DNA of 64,000 nt, taken from NCBI RefSeq assembly GCF_009914755.1, contig NC_060932.1. One strand, given 5' to 3'. Positions 1 through 14,584 of this stretch are shown here, piece by piece. Made by a program: the position numbers and the translations under genes. How positions within the stretch are numbered: position 1 is the stretch's first letter; the number at the start of each line of letters is the position of its first letter. The notes under the pieces were generated by a model. The model was given only the letters and a program-made list of their open reading frames with translations. It was not told where the DNA came from and made no database searches. This DNA comes from the human T2T-CHM13v2.0 reference genome, Homo sapiens.

Positions 1-2180
1 TATTGCGATTTGTGGCAAAAATAACCAATGAGAATGGTACCTGCAGGGTTTTGGTCTCAATTATGGAAGGAGGCAGAATCCCACCATACAGTCTTAGAGC
101 AACGACTACTGGCCATGTATAGGGCAATGCAACAAGTGGAGCCCATCACCAAAAACAGTCTGTCACAATAAAAATCCCATAAAAGGGTGAGGGCGAGTTG
201 AAGGCCTCCTAGCCAAGCCCACCTCCAGGGTGGCATAATTACACACCCTGCAGAAATGACACACTTATCTATAACAAAGGAGTGTCCTGATCACTAGTCC
301 TTCAAGCACTGCAGGAAGTGCTTGGACCTATCCACTCTGAATGCGGGGAGGGGGCCAGCATGGCAGTGGAGCCACCTACCAGGCCAACCACCATATGGGG
401 ACCCCACTAATAACTCTAGGGCCTGGTACGCTGATGGGTCTAGAAAGAACGTATCCAACACTGAGCACTAGAACAAAATATAGACTGGAAGTCCCATTTA
501 TCATATAACCCAACATGCGCAGTCTCATTGAAGAAAAAAAAAATGACCTGTTAAAAACCGAATTGCCAGTACTGTTCCAGGAGTGCTCTTTAAGGCCCTG
601 GACTAAGAATCTCCCTAAAGGGATACAAACTTAAAATAAGTCACCTACTACCACACATGGCATCACTCCCTATGAAGGTTTGTCATGGCCTTTAAAACAG
701 GCCTGACAAACCCTCAGGGTTACCTCTGAAACTCCAAGCCATGCTCCTGAAGCAGGTGGCCAGACTGTGCTCCTGAGAACACCAATGGATCTGCCAAGTG
801 GCGATGGCTATGTGAACCTGAATTTGAGCTGGACAGTGCCCCCATACTAGATTGGTTTTACGGCAGTGGGGAGTGCCATGAAGACTACCAGAAGGGAGGT
901 GGTTCCAGCTATGCTTGATAGAAATCTAAGAGGCTTACAATATCAACATGAGGCAGCACCAATACCTGTAGAGCAGTCATAGAGTCGATACCGTTTGCAA
1001 GGCCTGAATTTAGCAAGCGGCTATTATGCCCCCTCCTAGGGAGGGAAGCCATGTGTGATAGTCTAAGCCAGGCCTGAGGCCCACAGTAGTCTCCCTAATA
1101 GGGCCAACGGGAGAAAACCCAATGGTAATAATGTTACAAAAATGGATACATTTATGAGGGTCCCTACTAAATACCCGTGTTTTCAACCATAGGTGGTTAT
1201 TCTTCCTACCTTGGGAGCTGAAAATATCTTTCTGAATTGGTCTGTGACTACAACAGCAATCAGCAACAAGTTCAATTGTTGGGTATATTGATACCTCCCC
1301 CTATCAAATGGTAATGGTGTGCCTTAAAATACTCTGCTTTTCTAATGACAGAACTAAAGTGACTGTTTAAAAAGAAATAGTAATACAACTCAGACTCACT
1401 GGGGATTGCATCCACCCAGAGGTGGGTGGGCATCCCCCATCCCCAAATCAACAGAGAACCAACATAAGCTCTTAAAGGCGTTACCTGTTGATATGGTTTG
1501 GCTGTGTCCCCACCCAAATCTCACCCTGAATTGTAATAATCCCCATGTGACAAGGGCGGGGCCAGATGGAGATAACTGAAGCATGGGGGTGGTTCCCCAA
1601 TACTGTTCTCATGGTAGTGAATGAGTCTCACAAGATCTGATGGTTTTATAAACGGGAGTTCCTCTGCACAAGCGCTCTTGCCTGCTGCTATGTAATACAT
1701 CCCTTTGTTCTTCCTTTGTCTTCCGCCATGATTGTGAGGCCTCCCCAGCCATGTGGAACTGTGAGTCAGTTAAACATCTTCCCTTTATAAATTACTCAGC
1801 CTTGGGTATGTCTTTCTTAGCAGCCTGAGAACAGACTAATACACCTGTTACAATTATAGCCCTGATAAACACAGTAATTTTACAAACACCTTAAATTATT
1901 TGTTAACTCAGAGCCATGAGTTAACCCAATTAGGTTTCTCTGACTCATTCTCAAATTGGTTACATACCTAACCTCAAATTGGAGATATGTTTTACTAGCA
2001 GGCATCATAAATATAGTTAGTTTCTCCTTTGCATGCTGCTATGTATACTGTATATGTGGCCTGTACGCATAAGCCATGGGTACACTTATAGGCCTGTATA
2101 GTTCTTCCTCTCATACTCTACTCAGGGACTCTGACACAAAATTGGGGGAAAGAATGCAAAATCTAGAGAACAGTATGGAT
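1..2180 (+). mobile_element. Internally deleted class III (ERV-L-like) provirus internal region: pol remnants, dUTPase-like remnant, env remnant
   Basis: Frame 1 from base 1 gives LWQK*..VPAGFWSQLWKEAE..LEQRLLAMYRAM (RT connection). AWYADGSRK at 421 is the RNase H start. WKSHLSYNPT...LIE..KNDLLKTEL at ~485-565 is integrase core. LNLSWTVPPY*IGF..VVPAMLD at ~818-919 has dUTPase-like spacing. Many stops. Interrupted by a THE1 LTR. Confidence 0.85.
1489..1843 (+). mobile_element. THE1 (THE1B-like) MaLR solo LTR
   Basis: TGATATGGTTTGGCTGTGTCCCCACCCAAATCTC...CAGACTAATACA, with 5-bp TSD CCTGT at 1484-1488 and 1844-1848. Confidence 0.95.
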
Positions 2181-2581
2181 TGTAGTGCTACAGATTCCAC
2201 ACAAGTTTGCTTAAGGGCATATGTCCACTGATTGAACCCTGAAGGCTGTGCAGTGAGCCAAGGCCATGATGCCCAGCCGAGCAGCAGGTTTCCCTGAGAA
2301 TCCATACATCCTGGAGAGCATCTGAGAACCAACCAGGAAATCCAGTCTTATTGCTCAAGCACAGTAGGCATAGAGCCAGAAAATTAGCTAAAAAGCAATT
2401 TAGAGACAGGAGGCAGCGAGGATCTCCAAAGCTGTCCTGTTGCCATCCAGGAGTGCCCTGTATGGAAGCCTTACTCATCTACTCATCCAGCTGGACTTGT
2501 CCAACTCATTCTTTGGTCTCTGCTCCTTCTCAATCTGCAGAAGGGAAGAGAATATTATAGTACGAAGGTTTTCTCATAACA
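2181..2581 (+). mobile_element. 3' LTR of the provirus, LTR47-like (ERVL)
   Basis: TG...CA termini. Contains GAACCCTGAAGGCTG..GTGAGCCAAGGCCATG..GAGCCAGAAAATTAGCT, as recalled for LTR47. Directly follows the internal region. Confidence 0.75.
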
Positions 2582-2698
2582 ATGTAGATGGAAAAAATAA
2601 TAAAGACAAGAAAAGGAATTAATGAAATGAAATATAGCATAAAATTTGTTAGATCAGTGATGACAAAAGTAGATTATAATAAGCAATAAAACTGACTA

Positions 2699-4020
<1,322 letters not shown>

Positions 4021-5095
4021 TATGTGCATTATGCACAACAGAATTACAGGTAAAACCATCATCATTTTCATATAATGTAAATTTATTCCACGAGTAACAA
4101 AGAATCTTAAAAAATCATTCTAATGATTAAAAATTTAACAAATTCCAGTATATTTAAGAATAAGTACTGATTTTAGGATTTTGATCTGAGTGTAGTTTTA
4201 CATGGGCAAATGTGTACAGATTATCTGTGATCTCATATCAGCAGGAGCTAAAATATTCCCACCCCCAATAGCATCTTTATAACTCATACACTTATGGCCT
4301 GGACATAAATTAGAAACCAAGAAGCATTAATTTATCTTGAAGTCATATTTAAATGATTTTTAGTCTTATGTAATCCAGAGTATTAATTATCAATCAATTG
4401 AAAAGTTCTTTATTAAACATCCACTATATTTCAGGCATTATTAGGCTAAATGATAAATGTATTGAAATGAATAAGATATAAAGTTTCTGTATCAAAGAAG
4501 ATTATTATATATTGGAACTACTAAACACTGTACAGAGCTGATAAAGCCAAACCTACACGGATTGTTTGATTATGTTATCAATGCTACTTCCTCACTAGAG
4601 GCATCACAGTCAAGCTATGGGTCCTCAAAAGTACATTATTTAAAAGTATCTAGCATAGTTTTGGACTAAAAACAGATATTTTCCAAATAAAGGAAAGCAG
4701 TGTTTAAGAAGAGAAGTACCTTAAACTATGGTTTTTCCATATGTGGGCTTAATCTTTCATGATTTTGGACCAGTTTACCTGATATTACTAGAGCAAATTT
4801 TGTTTAACAAAAGTGCCCCTCTAACTTAAAACTATACCAGAATACATTAGAGCATGAAGATTTAGTATCTTATAAAATATAGCACCACAACACTTATGAT
4901 TGGTATAGCAATAAAATTTTTTATCATTATGTCTCTATCGTCTAATATTGACTAAGGGGTAGTAATTTTGTTTTTTAATTAGACTTTATAACATTTAAGT
5001 TTCTTTTCAACCTTTATAATACAGCAAATGCTTTAGTTATGTATTTGTACTACAAAATTTTTCCACGTCAAGCATTCAATCAAATCTGGCTTTCA

Positions 5096-5410
5096 CCCAG
5101 GCACGGTGGCTCACACCTGTAATCCCAGCACTTTGGGAGGCCAAGAGGGGTGGATCACGAGGTCAGGAGATCAAGACCATTCTGGTTAACATGGTGAAAC
5201 CCTATCCCTACTAAAAAGATACAAAAAAATTAGCTGCACATGGTGGCACATGCCTGTAGTCCTAGCTACTCGCAGGCTGAGGGAGAAGAATAGCTTGAAC
5301 CAGGGAGGCGTAGGTTGCAGTGAGCCGAGATCACGCCACTGCACTCCAGCCTGGGCAACAGAGCAAGACTGTCTCTCAAAATAAATAAATAAATAAAATA
5401 AAAAAACAAA
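5096..5410 (+). mobile_element. AluS (Sc-like)
   Basis: Full dimer. 14-bp TSD AAATCTGGCTTTCA at 5082-5095 and 5411-5424. Confidence 0.95.
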
Positions 5411-5424
5411 AAATCTGGCTTTCA

Positions 5425-6090
5425 TTCTCATTACTCAGCTTCAACTGATCTAATCAATATCTACCATATACTTTATTTTTTTTCAAAATTCAGTGGCTTC
5501 AGACCTCATTTCATGTGATCTTTCTCACTAGCATCTGACTCATTCAAAAACTGTCTTCTTCCTTAAAAGCTCCTCTCATAGTACTTTTGTGAAATCATAT
5601 TCTCTTGACTTTTCTTCTATCTTACTACCCATTGTTTTGTTTTGTTGTGTTTTGTTTTGTTTTGTTTTGCTCTATATCCCTGCTCACTCATCGTCTTTCT
5701 ATTCTCTAAATATTTACATGTCCTGGAGCTCACAGTAAAGACTCTTAAACTGTGTTGTATGTAAAAAGTCTCCAGCACAAAAGAAAAACAAATGAAATTG
5801 AGCAGACCCCTTCTCTACTTATATTCATTTATCTTGGAGTTCTCATTTAGGATCATGGCTTTAAATAATATCTACATGTTGAATCCCAAATTCTCACCAT
5901 GTCCAGTAATATTCACCTTGGAATCTGCGTTTCTAATCATATGATTAGTTTGGATATCTAATAGGCATTGGATGTTAGTTTGTCCCAATACAACCTTTGA
6001 GTTGCACACACTTGCCAATTTATTTTTTCCTTCTATAATCCTCTTCTCAGGGAATGGGGCCACAGGGCTCCCCAGTAATTTAGCGCTCTA
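5425..6090 (+). mobile_element. L2 LINE, RT-region fragment
   Basis: Degenerate match to L2 ORF2 (..ctcactagcatctgactc..catggctttaaataatatctacatg..ttggatatctaataggcat). Confidence 0.7.
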
Positions 6091-6099
6091 CTACTAGAG

Positions 6100-8310
6100 T
6101 TCCTTGTCTCAGGTTCCTTTTCTGTAATGACAATGTGAAAGCTTGGCTAACATGCCGTCCAGTAAAACAGCTTAAAATCATTTTGAAAACAACAATTTAA
6201 TGTTTCAGGAAATGGTCTAAAGGACATGCAGCAAGTGAAGAAATATTTATTGAAGAAAATTTTTTAAACAGCAGAAGCAGAGAGAGACTGTATCATTTTA
6301 GCCATGAATCTCTCTATTTCCTTCCCACCCCATCCTAATGTGATGGAAATTCCACTTTATGTAGGTGCAGCCAAGAACACAGGAATCCTTCTTCATCTAT
6401 GTCACAGTATTTTCCCAGCAGAGGGAGATGTCAACATTTCTTAAATCCATGGCCCTGGCCCTGGTTCTTTCATAGGATGGAGGGTCCAGGCCAGGATAGG
6501 CTAGACAAGAAGACTAAAGGCACTCCCCAACCCCTACTATAACAAGTGCTTAGTTCCTAAGCAGAGATTTTACTGAGAGAGAAACTTACCACTTTTTCTG
6601 CTTTCGGATACACAGCTATAGTGCAGACATTTTGCGCAAGGAGAGAGGCAGGCTGTAAAACAGGGGGTTCTGAAGCCTATTCAAATGAAAGCTTTATTTG
6701 CCACAGTGCTAGAAGAAGTTCAAACCTAAAAGTACTTTATAAAATAATGTTGTGATGAAAGTAATTAAAAGGAGACCAAAACTTCATCGGAGACATATTG
6801 CTAGGCTACAGGGTAGCTAGTTTAGTGAGAGAGCCAGGCAAAGAGACAGTTAAGAGCTCTGAGTCAGAACAAATTTCAAAACTGAGCTGAGAAACTATTC
6901 CTGGAAAAAAGTTGGGATTTAACTGCATCAGTCCATGGAGCAATTCATGCCCCAGATCATTCTTGAAAACAATTGATAAACTCTACCAATTGCTGGCTGA
7001 TTATCAGCTGGGTCTGGGTCAGGGAAAGAGAAGTCAAAGAGAGCACTGTCATTCTAAGGTGGCTGAGTACACATGCCTAAGACTGTACCCTCTGAGGAAC
7101 TGTGGGTCAGGGAAGAGGCAAAGGATAAAAACAGACTTTAATAAATTAATCCAGTTCATCATTAAACAAACAAGTAAACAAGTTCTAAGAGTTGGGGAGT
7201 GAGGAAATCCAGAGTTGGGATTATCCAGATTTCTCAAAATATGTTACCTAAATTTTCCAATGTTCAACAAAATTATGAGATAAATGTTTTAAAAACCCGA
7301 GAAAAGTCTGAACCATAGATGAGGAAAAAAGCAGGCAACAGAAACTGCTTGTGAGAATGAGCAAATGTCAGACTTAACCAAGAATTCAAAGTAAACTTTA
7401 TAAATATGTTCAAATAATTGAAGACAACTATTTTGAAGAATTAAATGCAGGTGTGATGAAATGTCTAATCAGATGGAGAATATCAATAAAGATATAGGAA
7501 TTATAAATGAATCAAATGAAAATTCTGGAGTTGAGAAATATACTGATTGAAAAAAATCACTAAAGTGTTCCACAGTAGATTTAAACTGGAAGAAAAAAAG
7601 AATTAATGATATTAAAGATAATAGAGATTATAAAATCTGTAGAGACAAAAAAGAATGAAAAAAATGACAACTGCAGGACACCATTAAGAATGTGAACGTG
7701 TGTGTAATAGGAATACCGGAGTAGAGGAAAGGAGAAGAAAACATTCAAAAAAGTAATGACTAAAAATTCCTTAAAGTTTATTGAAAAACAATAAAGTACA
7801 CATTCAGAAAACTCAGAGAACTTCAAATAAGATAAACACAAAGAGACCCACACATGGATGCATCATAATAAAAATGATGAAAGCCAAAGACAAGGTGAAA
7901 ATCTTGAAAGGAGCAAGAGAAAAATGACTCATTGGTTATAAGGAATGCTTAATAAGGTTAACAGCTGGCCTCTCATCAGAAACAATGGAGAGGAAGTAGT
8001 AGGACAGCATATTCAAAGTGTTCAGATTTAAAAAAAAAGTCAACCAAGAGTTCTATAGGCAGCAAACTATCTTTTAAAAATGAAGGCAAGATAAAGATAT
8101 TCCCAGATAAAGATTGAGCAAATGTGTTTCTAGCAGACCTATGTTATAAGAAATAGTGAAAGGAAATTCTTCAGGCAGAAAGCAAGTACATTCTGAAAGT
8201 AATTCAAACTTACACAAAGAACCTAGTAAAGAGAGTTATACCAGCATCAGAAACAGAATACATGCATATTTCTTCTCTTTTCTTCCTTTGTGTGATTTAA
8301 AAGGCAAATG
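6100..8310 (+). mobile_element. Old L1 5' UTR plus ORF1 remnant (L1MC/L1M4-like)
   Basis: ORF1-like A-rich text at ~7370-8200 (gcatcataataaaaatgatgaaagccaaagacaagg..ctctcatcagaaacaatggag..aaatgaaggcaagataaagatattcccagataa). Confidence 0.75.
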
Positions 8311-8319
8311 GATCCGTAC

Positions 8320-8697
8320 AGTAAAGTTTTATTTGGCCTTAGAAAGGAATGGAGCAGTGATACGTACTGCAACATTAGTAAACCCTGAAAACATTATGGT
8401 TGGTGAAAAAAACCCAGTCACAGAAGACTACATTTTATATGGTTATATTTATATTAAATGCTCAGAATATAAAAATCTTTGAATGCAGAAAGTAGGGTAG
8501 TAATTGCCTAGAGGGGTGGGACAGGTCTGTCGGTGCTGAGAGCGAAAGGGTTCAGAGTTTCTTCTGGGGATAATGGAAAAATTCTGAAATTGACTGTGGT
8601 GGCACAATTCTGTTAATATATTAAAAACCACTGCATTGTACATTTAAATGGATGAATTGTATGATATGTGAATTATATTCCAATAAAGCAGTTAAAA
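8320..8697 (+). mobile_element. L1MB-type 3' end
   Basis: Typical 3' UTR ending gaattgtatgatatgtgaattatattccaataaagcagttaaaa. Confidence 0.8.
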
Positions 8698-8770
8698 CTC
8701 TTCTAGCAAGTTTCATTGATTCATCCTTCAACACATATCCAAAATAATAATCCCACTTTTTCCAGATTTC

Positions 8771-9135
8771 TTGTTTTTTTTTTGTTTGTTTGTTTCTTTG
8801 TTTTTTTTTTTTTTGTTTGTTTTTTGAGATGGAGTTTCGCTCTTGTTGCCCAGGCTGGAGTGCAATGGCACATTCTCGTCTCATTGCAACCTCCATCACC
8901 CGGGTTCGAGCAACCTCCATCACCCGGGTTCAAGCAATTCTTCTGCCTCAGCCTCCTGAGTAGCTGCGATTACAGGCACCTGCCACCACGCCCAGCTTTT
9001 TTTTTTTGTATTTTTAGTAGAGATGGGGTTTTACTATGTTGGCAAGGCTGGTCTTGAACTCCTGACCTCAGGCCATCCACCCGTCTCAGCCTCCCAACGT
9101 GCTGGGATTACAGGCGTGAGCCACTGCACCTGGCC
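8771..9135 (-). mobile_element. AluS (Sq/Sp-like) with an internal 24-bp duplication
   Basis: Antisense Alu with a long T-rich tail. The duplication is at 8886-8933. Confidence 0.95.
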
Positions 9136-10287
<1,152 letters not shown>

Positions 10288-10558
10288 AGCGGAATCTACT
10301 TTTTTAAGGCTGAATAATATCCCATTATGTATGTATGTATGTATGTGTGTGTGTGTGTATATATATATATCAATAAAGTGTGATATATATATATCACACT
10401 TTCATTATTGATACGTCTATCAACAGACACTTCCAATGTTTTAATATCACAATTCAATAGTGAATACTGGTGCAATGGACATGCAAGTGCAGATATCTTT
10501 ATGAGGTGGAGAATTAATTTCCTTTGGATATGTACACAGAAGAGGGATTGTTGGATGA

Positions 10559-10877
<319 letters not shown>

Positions 10878-12623
10878 AATTTATTTAAGAATATCCGTAC
10901 TTGTTCCACACTGGTTACATCAATCTACATTCCCACCAAAAGTGTACAAGGATTCCCTTTTCGTCACATCCTCGTCAACACCTGTAATGACTCGTCTTTT
11001 TGATATTAGCCATCCTGACAGGTATGAAGTGATAAATTATGGTGGTTTTGATTTGCATTTCTCTCTTTACTGATATTGAATACCTTTTCATATATGTATG
11101 AGTCATTTTTATGTCTTTGGAAAGATGTCTGTTAAGGTTCTTTGCCCATTTTTAAATTGGGTTATTCATTTTTTTTCTTGCTATTGAGCTGTGTTATATA
11201 TTTTGAATATTGACCTTTATCAGTTACATAGTCCAAATATATAATCCTTTAATCCATATGCTGCCTTTTCATTTTGTTGATTATTTCCTTTGCTGTGTTG
11301 AAAGTTTTTAGTTTGATACAACCTCACTTATTTTTGCTTCTGTTGCCTGCGCCATATGACACTATCCAAAAAATCACTGCCAAGGTTAATGTCAAAGAGT
11401 TTTTCCCCTTATGTTTTCTTCTAGGAATTGCATGATTTGGGTCTTAGGTATAGATCTTTAATCCATTTGGAGTTGATTTTTGTGTACGGTGTGATATAAG
11501 GCTCTAATTTTATTCTTTGGTATGTATCATTTGGAAATGTACAAAACACCTCAACTTACATCTCACTGTGTAAAACTCAAACACACCTGGCTGCAAGGGA
11601 AATGTGTAACCCTGAGCTGGCCAGTTGGTTATATGTGCATCTAGAACTTGAGATTGTATCACTAAAAGAGAATGGTAAAAATCGTAAAGAGAAGAGAGAA
11701 ACTAAGGGTATGTGAAACATCATACAAATGTTTTTATATTGGAAATTAATCTTGATTATATTTCAGACTTCGAAGAAGCCCAGAGTCAAAGTTCATGTGC
11801 TTCTTTCTATGATTCTTTTAGCTAGTAATGACTGGACTCCATATCCTGTAGGATTCCTCAACCTAGTCATAATACTGAAATTTTATCTAAAAAAAAAGTA
11901 AAATACTGATCCTTTTACCTGTAAATAAAGTATAGGAAAGCTCAAAGAAGATATTTCTTAATAACCCTTTGGTCACACTTTGTATAAACATACTATTAAT
12001 AGGAGGTAATACAAAATTCTTATGACCTGTAGAAAAATGTCATTTAATCAATTGTATTTAAAATCAAAGCACATATATATAAAGTGGTACTTCCTAAAAA
12101 AATACTGGTCAAGTGAAAATATTTCTTCATAAACTTTCACATGGGTAGTGCTTTACAGTAAAAACAGAAAATAGGTAATTGTATTATCTTTTTATTTAGC
12201 AATTATTATGCTTACCAAATTTTTGCGTTTGAAATAAAGATATATCCCAAGGTAGTAAAGAATACTGCTGTATTTAATGTTAATAGTGGTCAGCTGGACA
12301 ACTACCATCAAATATTCTTATCTAACCTGAATTTTCTTCTTTGTAACACATAATTTTCATATTGCTACACGCTTTTTATTTTTTATAACTAGATCTCTAG
12401 TGTTTTCTCATGTATAATTTGGAAAAGCAATATCCCATTAAGATACTGAAAGTCTTTGTTATCTCCCAGAATTATTTTATAAAACTTACCCATACAATAA
12501 CTCTGAATACATTGCATATGATATTTGAGTTTTTATTCAAGAGTTCTATCCAAGAATATGCTTATTATTAGCTATTTTACCTGATTCTACATTACTTTTC
12601 TTCTCAGCCTTCATCTTCATTAA

Positions 12624-13721
12624 TTAGATAAGAATGAAATTGTTGTCATTGAAGTAGTTTCTCAATATTATATTTATGCTATTTCAGAATATATTATTAA
12701 GCTATTGTTAGACATAAACTTCTGTAACAAAAACAATGGAAAGTTTTCATGGCCACGTTTACATTTAGAATACAATTTTCATTTGCAAAATTAAATTATT
12801 ATGGAGACCAGCCTGAAATAATGTAATAGAACATGAAATAATCAGTGCAGTATTTCTTGAGACTATACTTTATACATTATATGTTTATGATTGGTGTACA
12901 TGTCCGTGTATATTCAAAGGTATGATTAAATCTTTTTAAAGTTGCCACAGTTACATATATGCTGACAAAGCTTTTCTAAATATACAAATTATGGTTATAT
13001 TGGCAGAATGGGATACTTTTCCCAAAGATGTGTCTATGAAAGACTGTATCTTATAGGCTGTCAAAATCTTTTTTCTATATTATTATTCTTAAATCAAGTT
13101 TTCTTTTTTGACAAAGTAATGGATTCATATGATGTGAAATTTAAAATCATAAGCTACACTACAGAAACATCCATTTTACTCCTGCCATGTATATGTCTAC
13201 CTTTTCCACTACATGGAATAATTTTGTTATTTGTGATATATTTTTTTCATTTTTAGCAGAGGCAAGCACAAATCATCATCTCCCTCTTTCCTATAAAAAA
13301 TGCAGCATGCTATTTTTTTTTACAATGTTTGACCATTGTTTTTCATGTAACAGTTGAATGAGTGAGAGAATATATAATAATGCTATCTGAGTATGTATGT
13401 AACTGTGGCAACATTAAAATGGTTTAATCATACCTTTCAATATACACGGACATATACACCCATCATAAACATATAATATGTGAAGTATAATCTCAAGAAA
13501 TACAGCACTGATTATTTCATGTTCTATTAAATGATTTCAGGCTGCTCTCTACAATAATTTAATTTTGCACATTAAAATTGTATTCTAAATGTAAATGTGG
13601 CCATGAAAACTTTCCACTGTTCTTTGTTACACAAGTTTATGTCTAACAATAGCTGAGTATATTCTGAAATAGCATAAAGATAATATTGAGAAACAACTTC
13701 AGTGACAACAAACTTATCTAA
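12624..13721. repeat. Long inverted repeat: arms 12624-12963 and 13390-13721, ~430-bp spacer
   Basis: Manual alignment of arm 1 with the reverse complement of arm 2 gives ~26-28 substitutions and 3 short indels over ~330 bp (~91% identity). Confidence 0.97.
13090..13355 (-). mobile_element. Probable ancient L1ME 3'-end fragment in the inverted-repeat spacer
   Basis: aaagtaatggattcatatgatgtgaaattt.. and aaaaatgcagcatgctatt..ttgtttttcatgtaacagt resemble L1ME3/4 3' termini. Highly diverged. Confidence 0.45.
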
Positions 13722-13899
13722 CTTGTCTGATTGTCTAGCTTGTCACCCTTGTCCGGTCCAACATGTATTTGTTTTGTATTTGCATAAAATTATTCTGATA
13801 TGTTGTAAACGCTTTTGGTTTAATAAAGAAACTCCTACCTTGAACATGTTTTAGGAGTCATTTTGATTAACATATAATATTAATTTTGATTAATATACT

Positions 13900-14525
13900 A
13901 TGTTAATTAAATTTTCACCTGACAATGAAACTGGAGGGATAGCTACATAACATAACTAGAATTTCAAATTATCTTGACAAGTCAGCATGATGGGACAATA
14001 GTTTTTTTTAAATATATATTGAAACAAATAACATATATTTCTCATGGAAATAAAGAAACATTCTGTGAAAAACTACTCAACAATATAATACGTAAGAGAT
14101 TTATCCACATTTATAAATAATTTTTGTTTGTTAGACAACTATGTTAGATGCCTTTAAAAGGTAAATATTATCTTAGACTGTATAGATAGAAATGCAATAG
14201 TGGTAAGCAAGAAAATGATTATGCTGAACTCTGGATTGATCAAAACATGAATGTTTGGAATACTGTAGTTTATTCTGGGTATTTTTTGATGTCTGATTGA
14301 AAACGAGACCAGAGTAAGTCACCCCAGCTAGTGAAGAGATATAAACTTCAGTTAATACTGTGATATTACTAATACAAGTCTAATGTAATCTTAGTTTAAT
14401 TAATAAGAGTACTATATAAAGAACAGAGGCTGAGAGAGAACTTCTCTCATTGTGGTCATACTTTGCTTGAGTATTCATTTATGTTTGGGACTCTGAGGTT
14501 AAAGAAGGATGTTGGCAAGGCTAGG
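13900..14525 (+). mobile_element. CR1/L3 LINE fragments
   Basis: Degenerate FADDTKLGG-like segment (cctgacaatgaaactggagggatagct..atttcaaattatcttgacaag) and two downstream LEYCV-like segments. Confidence 0.55.
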
Positions 14526-14584
14526 AATAATAAAATAGTAAACCAGGAATAATAACATAATAATAAAAATAATAAATACATTTT

